From Cyclobacteriaceae bacterium (GTDB lineage Bacteria > Bacteroidota > Bacteroidia > Cytophagales > Cyclobacteriaceae), in contig CBDETD010000002.1 of NCBI GenBank assembly GCA_965242805.1, positions 413,156 to 477,155 on the forward strand: a stretch of DNA of 64,000 nucleotides, in the 5' to 3' direction. Made by a program: the position numbers and the translations under genes. The notes beneath the pieces are model-generated. The model ran no database searches, was not told the DNA's origin, and saw only the letters and a program-made list of their open reading frames with translations. Positions 52,700-60,114 of this stretch are shown one piece after another (position 1 is the first letter of the stretch; every line of letters begins with the position of its first letter).

Positions 52700-55600
52700 A
52701 TGAAAAAATTACTCTTCATATCACTGCTCCTGACCTCCCAAATGCTAACTGGTCAATACTTTGGCCAGAACAAACCGCAATACGAACGAATTGACTTCGA
52801 TGTATATCAGACTACGCATTTCGACATCTATAACTACATGGAAAATCCAGCGTTTCTACAACTGATTGCTGAAAATGCGGAACAATGGTACATCCTGCAC
52901 CAATCAATCCTAAAAGACACATTTGACCTCAGGAATCCGATCATACTCTACAATAATCACCCTGACTTTCAACAAACCCGAACAATAAGTAGCAGAATTG
53001 GCGAAGGAACTGGCGGTGTAACAGAAAGTCTGAAAAATCGTGTGGTCTTCCCCTTCCTATTTTCCAATCAGCAAACCGGACATGTCCTTGGACATGAGCT
53101 TGTTCATGCTTTTCAATATCATTTGATCAAAAAGTTTAATCGAGAAGAAGCTGAGCGAAAAAAGAAAGCAAAAGATGAGTGGCTCAAAGGGCAAAAGGAA
53201 AAGCAGGAAATAAAGAAAGGGGAAAGAAAAACGAAAAAGGAAGAAAGAAAGAGGAAAAAGTCTGCTTCCGACTCCATCGGAAGTAAGAATGTCCCCCGTA
53301 GGTTAGTGCCACCGGACACAGCAGTTCACCTGATCTCTTTCCAGAATCTACCACTTTGGATGGTCGAAGGAATGGCGGAATATCTGTCTATCGGCCGTAA
53401 GGATCCACATACGGCCATGTGGATCCGTGACGCCATTCAGCAAGACGACATTCCATCACTGAAACAGATGAGTGATTACTCCAAATACTTCCCCTATCGA
53501 TGGGGGCAGACTTTTTGGGCCTTCATCGTTGGGAATTTTGGAGAGGATGTCATGCTCAAATTATTCATTGAGACCGGCCAATTTGGTCTGGACAAAGCAT
53601 TGATGAAAAACTTTGGGATGAAGGAAAAGGAATTTTCCGTTGTATGGATCAAGCATTTGAAGGATTACTATGGTACTGCATACAAAGAATACCATTTAGA
53701 CACGATTGGCCACGAGTGGATTGTAGGTAAAGGTAAAGGTGGGCGGGTCAACGTAGGTCCCTCAATTAGCCCAAATGGACAATACCTCGTTTATGCTAGC
53801 GAAAAGGACATTTTTTCCATAGATCTGTATCTGGCAGATGCGAAATCAGGTGAAGTCCTTCGAAAGCTCACGTCGGTCAATAGATCTCTATTTGTTGACG
53901 CTGTTGGTAGTATTGAAACATCTGTCACCTGGTCCCCTGACAATTCGCACATCGCGTTCCTCGCAATTTCAGGAGGTAGAAACCAATTGGTGATCCTTGA
54001 TATCTATTCACCAAGAAAAGTAGAACAATACATTTTAAAAGACGTGCCAGCATTCACTACGCCATCGTGGTCACCTAATGGAGAGGAGATCCTTGTAACA
54101 GGTCTTGTAGATGGTCAAATTGACCTTTATTCGTTCAACATACAAACTAAAGAAACAAGCCCTGTTACAAATGATCCATATAGTGAAATACTACCTTCAT
54201 GGACTCCTGATGGCAAGATCCTCTACAGTTCGGATCGGTCATCATTTGAAGCTGGGAAAACATTAGGAAACCTTAATTATCACATTGAGTTGCTTGATCC
54301 CAAGACAGGTATTTGGGAGGCAATCACCACTTATGAAGCTGGAGATCAAATGAACGCTGTCTCCGATGGAAACGGCATCTGGTTCATATCGGATCATGAC
54401 GGATTCAAAAATTTGCATTATTATGATTTTGAAACTGAAACGGTCACTCAGAGGACCAAAATCTGGACCGGGATCTCCGGGATCACCCATTATGCTCCTG
54501 CATTAACCATATCTCGTGGTGGTGATTTGATTTACACATTGTATTCGGACAACGAATACGAGTTGTACCGCACAACGACTGAATACTTACGATCACGGAC
54601 ATTCAAAGAAGATTCGGTAGTTTCCACCCGATTTCATGTTCTGCCTTCAGATACTGCAGATATCATAACCATGAAGATCAACAACCTAGAGACTATTGTT
54701 CCGGACTCTACAGAAAGCTTTGATAGCAGGGAATACTCTCCGGATTTTAAAATTGATTACATAGGGGGATCCACAGGCATTGGTATCGCAAATGGTCCTC
54801 TTGGAAATACAGCGGGAATGGTCGGAGGTGTGAACCTCTTTATGAGTGACATTCTAGGCTACAATTCTATGTTCTTTGGTGCAGCACTCAATGGTCAGTT
54901 GGCAGATTTCAACATACAGACTGCATATATCAATCAGCAAGGTAGACTGCCCTGGGGAGTCAGTTATTCCCACTTCACCTATGTGACAGGCCTTATCAGG
55001 TATCTTGGGGAAGAACCAATACAAATCGGCGACGTCACCGCAATCAGTTACCATTATGCATTGGATCAATACAGGACCTCCCTGGATCAAATCAATGCGG
55101 CCATTTACTACCCGATCAATTTGTATAATCGATTCGAACTGTCAGGTTCCCTTGCCTACTATTACTATTCCTTCAAAAGGTATCATGTCTATTACCTGGG
55201 TACGATGACTTACAAAAGCAAGGAAGAAAAATTACCTTCTCCGGATGGGTTCTTTGTTCAAAATGTGAGTCTTGCGTACGTTCATGATCATTCTCGCTTT
55301 GGAATGACAGCTCCGAGTGTTGGCTCCAGGTATAGAATTGAAGTTGGAAAATATTTTGGTGAGTTCCACTTTCACAATGTTTTGGTGGACTATCGAAAGT
55401 ATGTCTTCATTAAACCCTTCACCCTTGCCATGAGAGTCATGCACTACGGCAGGTATGGAAATAGTGACATGCTCTACCCGCTCTATCTGGGTAATCCTGG
55501 TTACATACGAGGATATTCTTTCGGAAGACTTGTTGATGACTTTCAGGTTAATCCAAACTTTTCCATAGATGCACTGATCGGAACCAAAGTTGCCTTGGCC

Positions 55601-55912
55601 AGCGTTGAGATCAGGTTCCCATTAACTGGTCCTGAAAGACTGGCATGGATCCCCAGTAAATTCTGGTTCTCGGATATAGCGATTTTCTTCGATGCCGGAA
55701 TGGCCTGGAATGATTGGGACAATTTTCAATTGACCGGACCCGAGAACAACCAAATCACACAACAAGATAGACCACCTTTATTAATCGGTAGTATTGGGGT
55801 TTCATATAGGATAAATGTTGGAGGAGCATTTGTTATCGAACCGTATTATGCCGTACCTACTATTCGGGAATTCAAAAGAGGTCTGGGGGTGAATATTATT
55901 CCTGGATGGTAA
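52700..55912 (+). CDS. Fusion protein: HExxH zinc-peptidase-like N-domain, K/E-rich insert, PD40/TolB-like beta-propeller and C-terminal Omp85/surface-antigen-like beta-barrel
   Basis: There is a signal peptide. GHVLGHELVHAFQ is an HExxH motif. The lysine/glutamate-rich insert reads REEAERKKKAKDEWLKGQKEKQEIKKGERKTKKEERKRKKSASDS. PD40-like repeats include SISPNGQYLVYAS, WSPDNSHIAFLA, WSPNGEEILVTG and WTPDGKILYSSD. The C-terminal 400 aa have alternating beta-strand character and end in GVNIIPGW. Confidence 0.7.
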   Translation: MKKLLFISLLLTSQMLTGQYFGQNKPQYERIDFDVYQTTHFDIYNYMENPAFLQLIAENAEQWYILHQSILKDTFDLRNPIILYNNHPDFQQTRTISSRIGEGTGGVTESLKNRVVFPFLFSNQQTGHVLGHELVHAFQYHLIKKFNREEAERKKKAKDEWLKGQKEKQEIKKGERKTKKEERKRKKSASDSIGSKNVPRRLVPPDTAVHLISFQNLPLWMVEGMAEYLSIGRKDPHTAMWIRDAIQQDDIPSLKQMSDYSKYFPYRWGQTFWAFIVGNFGEDVMLKLFIETGQFGLDKALMKNFGMKEKEFSVVWIKHLKDYYGTAYKEYHLDTIGHEWIVGKGKGGRVNVGPSISPNGQYLVYASEKDIFSIDLYLADAKSGEVLRKLTSVNRSLFVDAVGSIETSVTWSPDNSHIAFLAISGGRNQLVILDIYSPRKVEQYILKDVPAFTTPSWSPNGEEILVTGLVDGQIDLYSFNIQTKETSPVTNDPYSEILPSWTPDGKILYSSDRSSFEAGKTLGNLNYHIELLDPKTGIWEAITTYEAGDQMNAVSDGNGIWFISDHDGFKNLHYYDFETETVTQRTKIWTGISGITHYAPALTISRGGDLIYTLYSDNEYELYRTTTEYLRSRTFKEDSVVSTRFHVLPSDTADIITMKINNLETIVPDSTESFDSREYSPDFKIDYIGGSTGIGIANGPLGNTAGMVGGVNLFMSDILGYNSMFFGAALNGQLADFNIQTAYINQQGRLPWGVSYSHFTYVTGLIRYLGEEPIQIGDVTAISYHYALDQYRTSLDQINAAIYYPINLYNRFELSGSLAYYYYSFKRYHVYYLGTMTYKSKEEKLPSPDGFFVQNVSLAYVHDHSRFGMTAPSVGSRYRIEVGKYFGEFHFHNVLVDYRKYVFIKPFTLAMRVMHYGRYGNSDMLYPLYLGNPGYIRGYSFGRLVDDFQVNPNFSIDALIGTKVALASVEIRFPLTGPERLAWIPSKFWFSDIAIFFDAGMAWNDWDNFQLTGPENNQITQQDRPPLLIGSIGVSYRINVGGAFVIEPYYAVPTIREFKRGLGVNIIPGW

Positions 55913-55913
55913 A

Positions 55914-55990
55914 GCAGTCTTTCGAACCAAAAAAGGCTGTCTTTTCGAACCAATAAGCTGTCTTCTCGAATCAAGAAAGGGTCTTCTCGA
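55914..55990 (+). repeat. About 3.5 tandem copies of a 21-23-nt unit (GCWGTCTTYTCGAAYCAAnAAG) at the left end of E2
   Basis: The copies are GCAGTCTTTCGAACCAAAAAAG (55914-55935), GCTGTCTTTTCGAACCAATAA (55936-55956), GCTGTCTTCTCGAATCAAGAAAG (55957-55979), and then GGTCTTCTCGAC. Confidence 0.7.
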
Positions 55991-56124
55991 CTTTGGAGGG
56001 AACTATACACAATGGTGGGCGACTCTCTCGAGTGTAACTGCAATCAAACTCTTGTATAGTTACCTCTCTACGCCTGCCTTCCGCAGGCAGGGTCGAGAAG
56101 ACAACCTTTTTTTGAGAAGACTCT
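55914..56124 (+). repeat. Intergenic repeat element, copy E2
   Basis: A perfect 11-bp inverted pair is formed by GTCTTCTCGAC (55981-55991) and GTCGAGAAGAC (56092-56102). Internal inverted repeats are AACTATACA / TGTATAGTT and the hairpin CCTGCC-N7-GGCAGG (56073-56091). A T7 run follows the right arm. It shares end-proximal blocks with E1, for example 19 of 21 nt in GTCTTCTYGACTTTGGAGRGA. Confidence 0.6.
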
Positions 56125-56127
56125 CAA

Positions 56128-56748
56128 TTAGTTCTGGAGTAAACGAACTGGTCCAATGGTTGACCTAAAAATACCACCGTTCGTCAACTCTAACTCCATG
56201 ATGAAATTGTGGATCCTTGTTTCATCAGCATCAAGGTCCAGATAGAATACATTGAATCCTATCCTACCCAGTTCCGGATCAGTGAATACTACCAGGGGAA
56301 TGTTTTCCGATGCCGTGTTCGTCTCGTTGAAAGTTGGATCCAATTCAGCTGCAAGGTCAGTTCCAGCAGGAAAGCTACTGTTAACTGCATTGTCGCTTAC
56401 AAGTGATATCCTTACTATTTCGTCAATTGCTACAGGTTCCGGACAAGGAGAAGTAGCTTGAGCTGATGAAAAAAGGGATCCTTTAGATTGATTACCAATG
56501 TCTGATACTTGTGTGATTTGCACTGCGAATTTCACTTCAAAAGCTACCCTCGTCAATTCAATAGTATCTTCTGTATCTTCAAAGATCCCGAAAGAATCCT
56601 CAATGGTCACTTCATCCAGTCCGGTGACTATGTAATCATTGTCGTCACATCCACCTCCATTGTTACAGCTTAAAGGAATAGGCAAAACAAAAACGATGAT
56701 CAAGGCAAATGTTAGTAGCGATTTCATGATTCTGGCTTTAGATCTCAA
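56128..56748 (-). CDS. Lipoprotein of unknown function, paralog of 47268..47876
   Basis: The lipobox-like signal is LPIPLSCNN. See the shared blocks listed for 47268..47876. Confidence 0.55.
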   Translation of the reverse strand: MRSKARIMKSLLTFALIIVFVLPIPLSCNNGGGCDDNDYIVTGLDEVTIEDSFGIFEDTEDTIELTRVAFEVKFAVQITQVSDIGNQSKGSLFSSAQATSPCPEPVAIDEIVRISLVSDNAVNSSFPAGTDLAAELDPTFNETNTASENIPLVVFTDPELGRIGFNVFYLDLDADETRIHNFIMELELTNGGIFRSTIGPVRLLQN

Positions 56749-56861
56749 CTGTTTATGGTATCAATTTATTGTGCTAAAATTTAATTTCCAGTCCCCAATA
56801 AAAAGCTCCCTCACAAGGGAGAGAGCCTTCAGATTGGAATAGCCGTCAAATTACTCATAAT

Positions 56862-57368
56862 TTACCTTACATCTCCCGAGATGTAGATGTCATACGATCC
56901 GTCTTGATTGTAATCATTCAACTCGGCAAATAGAATACCCTGAAATCCTTCATAAGAGCCCTCGCCCGTCTCGACTATCAATTTAAGTGACATCTCATTC
57001 TCACCCAATCGAGAGATCCCTGATCCTGAATAAGTACCCTTTAATTTATCTCCTGACATATCTGAGAAAACAAATCTTCCGTCCTTTATCCGATATTTTG
57101 ATTTTCCTTCAAAATGATCCTCCAGATGGGACAATGAAAGCACAAAGTCGTTGAGCAAGTTGGAAATTCCAGTGCCCTGCATTTCAATCCTTATCTGTAG
57201 TGGATCATCAGCAAATAACGATGTGTGACCTTTAATTAGCTCGGCATAACCTTCAAAAGCAGGTTCCTGAGGTATAGCGGTTACTATTTCCGTTTTCCCC
57301 GGATCTTCACATGCGAAAACCAATGATGCCATAATAATTAGTCCCGCGAGATTTTTGATCAATTTCAT
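56862..57368 (-). CDS. Lipoprotein of unknown function
   Basis: The 168-aa ORF has the lipobox ASLVFACED. I do not recognise the family. Confidence 0.5.
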   Translation of the reverse strand: MKLIKNLAGLIIMASLVFACEDPGKTEIVTAIPQEPAFEGYAELIKGHTSLFADDPLQIRIEMQGTGISNLLNDFVLSLSHLEDHFEGKSKYRIKDGRFVFSDMSGDKLKGTYSGSGISRLGENEMSLKLIVETGEGSYEGFQGILFAELNDYNQDGSYDIYISGDVR

Positions 57369-57476
57369 AATTAAGTATTTAATAGATGATTTAGTTTAAA
57401 GTGTTGATTTTCAACACACTACTTAATGACCAAACTTCTTTTTGGTAACCCTCCGACAACTTTCCGTTCCTACATA

Positions 57477-57506
57477 AAGAAAAAACCATCCGCCGCTGGC
57501 GGATGG
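57477..57506 (-). terminator. Rho-independent terminator (minus strand)
   Basis: The minus strand reads CCATCCGCC-agc-GGCGGATGG, a perfect 9-bp GC-rich stem, followed by TTTTTTCTTT. It lies downstream of the small gene 57646..57867. Confidence 0.6.
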
Positions 57507-57645
57507 TCTCCGTATCAAGCAAAGTATGAAGAGGTGTTACACGGATAACAATTGATGATTGTTTTGGATATTCTTAAAGTCTTTTTGCAATTTGTCTAAT
57601 GTCTTATCCCATTTACCGATTATCCGTGCACACGGGACAATCTAT

Positions 57646-57867
57646 TTATTCATAAATAGGTCCTCGGTCTCCACTTCGGCTACCTCCGACATTGCCATCA
57701 CCTTCAGTTTGATCAACAACATGGACACCGGAATCACTTCCTTCCTCCAAGTTAATATTAGCGGTATTGAGATCACCACCTGGCTGAGGTGAGTCGTCTT
57801 CACTACAGGCAATGAATCCAAAGCTGGCAACAAGCAAAACGGCTAGGGCTTTTGAGATCGTTTTCAT
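57646..57867 (-). CDS. Small acidic/glycine-rich lipoprotein (73 aa)
   Basis: The signal plus lipobox is MKTISKALAVLLVASFGFIACSEDD. The mature part is low-complexity and D/E/G-rich. A terminator lies downstream. Confidence 0.45.
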   Translation of the reverse strand: MKTISKALAVLLVASFGFIACSEDDSPQPGGDLNTANINLEEGSDSGVHVVDQTEGDGNVGGSRSGDRGPIYE

Positions 57868-58105
57868 AATTGATAATTATTTGTGGTCTTATTTCAATTA
57901 AACGTTGATTTGGCCATGGAGTCGGTACCCAATTTTGGGTATTTTGATGGGAGAATTAAGGTAATTGTGACTCTTCAATAACATTTTACCCTGGTCAAAA
58001 GCAACTCCTCAGACAGGAAAACCTTCAATAAGGTCCCAGGAACATTGGGACCTATTGAGCGGAATTCTGGTGACACTTTAGCGTTAGTCGCCTTTTCCAA
58101 CCGGT

Positions 58106-58537
58106 CTATCGAATCGGAAATTTTTGAATTGGAATATACAGAACATAACTCCCAAGTATTATTAACAGACCGATCCCAATGAAAAAATACATAGGATGCG
58201 TCATCAAAGCGCTTGCTGCCTGGTGCTGTTCATAATAGATATCCATTTCATCAAATTCCCTGGTCATTGCGATATACAGGTCCAGTTTAGAATCATATGC
58301 TTGTGAAAGCTCAAATATACTTTTCCGAAAATCGACCCAGGGATCGCGTTCAAAGCTTCCAATCTCCAATTCTACATCGCCATACATGCCTAACGCCGCC
58401 AAATATGGCTTGGTGTTTGGTTTAAATTGCTCCTCAGATTGAATATAGGCATCCATCAACTTCCTCTTGATCTTTGGATTACCCAATGTAGATGAAAGGA
58501 TAATCGAGATCATGATAGTGATAAATAGCCTTTTCAT
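58106..58537 (-). CDS. Hypothetical protein with an N-terminal signal/anchor and a C-terminal TM helix
   Basis: The 143-aa ORF is divergent from the ECF sigma gene. The hairpin AGGTCCCA-N7-TGGGACCT (58031-58053) lies downstream and may be its terminator. Confidence 0.5.
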   Translation of the reverse strand: MKRLFITIMISIILSSTLGNPKIKRKLMDAYIQSEEQFKPNTKPYLAALGMYGDVELEIGSFERDPWVDFRKSIFELSQAYDSKLDLYIAMTREFDEMDIYYEQHQAASALMTHPMYFFIGIGLLIILGSYVLYIPIQKFPIR

Positions 58538-58722
58538 GATTTGTCGTTTTCATTTAATGAAGGACTTAAACATTTGTAACCCAGCCGCCATATGAAAACG
58601 CATAACCAGGATCTCACCACTTTACATTCTGTCTACTTTACATTACCTTAAAAGTGCGTTTTCGACTGACAGATAGCATTGGGTTACCTGATCACTAAAA
58701 GATCATTAAAACCGGAACCTAA

Positions 58723-59274
58723 ATGAATGATAATTTGATCATTGAGGAAATACGGAAGGGTGACAATAAACAGTTAGCAGTAGTTTATCGAACCTATCGA
58801 TCTGAGTTTATAACCTGGTTAATCAGTAATTACCAATGTACCAGGGAAGAAGCACGGGATATTTATCAGATCACTATTGTTACACTACATGAGAATATTC
58901 TCGGTAACAAACTCCAGGCCCTAACCAGCAACCTGAAGACCTACTTGTTTGCCATCGGCAAAAACAAATACCATGAGTTCAGACGCTCAGAGAATAAAAT
59001 TGATAGAACGGTAAATGCACAAAGTATTGAACTGGAGCAAGTCTCTTCCTGGGAGAAATTGGAGAAAGAAAGAAAACTTCAGGTGATGGAAAAAAGTCTT
59101 GAACAACTTGGAGACCCGTGCAAAACCCTTCTGGAATTGTATTATTTCAACGGTCTGTCAATGGAAGAGATTGCAAAGCGTGTCGGTTATAAGAACCGGG
59201 ATACAGCCAAAAACCTAAAATGTAAATGTATTGTGAGGCTCAGGAAGATTTTCCATGAGCAACTTCAGGATTGA
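58723..59274 (+). CDS. ECF-type RNA polymerase sigma-70 factor
   Basis: Region 2 is VVYRTYRSEFITWL....REEARDIYQITIVTLHENI. Region 4 HTH is LLELYYFNGLSMEEIAKRVGYKNRDTAKNLKCKCIVRLRK. Confidence 0.85.
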   Translation: MNDNLIIEEIRKGDNKQLAVVYRTYRSEFITWLISNYQCTREEARDIYQITIVTLHENILGNKLQALTSNLKTYLFAIGKNKYHEFRRSENKIDRTVNAQSIELEQVSSWEKLEKERKLQVMEKSLEQLGDPCKTLLELYYFNGLSMEEIAKRVGYKNRDTAKNLKCKCIVRLRKIFHEQLQD

Positions 59275-59304
59275 CCAAGAGCTAAAAACTTAAAATGATT
59301 TGCG

Positions 59305-60114
59305 ATGGATAAAACTTTTACAGACATAGAGCAACTAGAAAGATACCATAAGGGCCAGTGTAATGAAAAAGAAAAGCGAGAGGTCGAGAATCGTTTAGCG
59401 GTGGACAAGGATTTTCGAGACCTTTTCGAAGACATTGAATTGTTGGAAGAAAGCCTTGGCTTATCAAAATCCACTGAAGGAATAGATGAAAAAATAGAAA
59501 GGCTCCGGCACTTGATCGATGAAGACGAGAATGCACCGGAAGTGACATTTCCTACTCCAGAAAAAGATAATGGAAAAGGCACTTTAGTCATAAGTATTCC
59601 GGAACTAATGAATCAGTACCGAGTGGCCATTGCAGCAAGCGTGGCGCTCCTGCTTGCGGCAATAATCGTCTTCAAACCATTTGATCGTAATCTTACATTT
59701 TCCGAACTCGCTCTTTCATACTATGAACCCCCGGGAACCCTCGCAAAAACAATGAGTCAATCAGAAGTTCAATGGGCAATAGGAATTGAAGCTTTTAACA
59801 AGAGGGACTATCTGGCTGCCATAGAAGCCTGGGAAAAGATCCAGCTTCGCAGTTTCGAGCAAGATTACTTCCTTGCCCACTGTTATTTTAACGTGGATGG
59901 AAATTTACCCAAGTCAATCAGTTTGTTTGGTTTCCTGACGGAAGGTACAAGTACCTATAGCTATCCATCTGAATGGTATTTGTCTCTTGCTTTTTTAAGA
60001 TCAAACGATGTCAGCAGTACAATAGATCAACTGGATAAGATCATTAATGATCCTGATCATCCCTACAAATCCGATGCAATCAAATTGAAGGCTGATATCG
60101 CAAAAATGAAATGA
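59305..60114 (+). CDS. Putative anti-sigma factor: single-pass membrane protein with a TPR-like extracytoplasmic domain
   Basis: The gene starts 30 nt after the sigma gene. N-terminal LERYHKGQCNEKEKREVENRLAVDKDF resembles anti-sigma N-domains. The TM helix is VAIAASVALLLAAIIVF. The C-terminus is helical. The role is inferred from position. Confidence 0.5.
   Translation: MDKTFTDIEQLERYHKGQCNEKEKREVENRLAVDKDFRDLFEDIELLEESLGLSKSTEGIDEKIERLRHLIDEDENAPEVTFPTPEKDNGKGTLVISIPELMNQYRVAIAASVALLLAAIIVFKPFDRNLTFSELALSYYEPPGTLAKTMSQSEVQWAIGIEAFNKRDYLAAIEAWEKIQLRSFEQDYFLAHCYFNVDGNLPKSISLFGFLTEGTSTYSYPSEWYLSLAFLRSNDVSSTIDQLDKIINDPDHPYKSDAIKLKADIAKMK

Noticed and set aside
53140-53290. K/E-rich stretch in the 1070-aa gene, considered as a frameshift artefact or an inserted mobile repeat
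   Set aside because: It is in frame, with normal protein sequence on both sides, and no nucleotide-level direct repeats flank it. It is reported as a feature of the protein instead.
55914-55990. Tandem repeats considered as a mini-CRISPR array, and GGTTCGAAA-like strings (reverse complement) considered as tRNA T-loops
   Set aside because: The units are contiguous with no spacers and only about 22 nt long. No acceptor, D or anticodon arms can be drawn around the TTCGAA strings.
57559-57833. ORFs 57559..57792 (+) and 57642..57833 (-) overlapping the small lipoprotein gene
   Set aside because: The frame 57646..57867 has a convincing signal peptide and lipobox. The competing frames have none.
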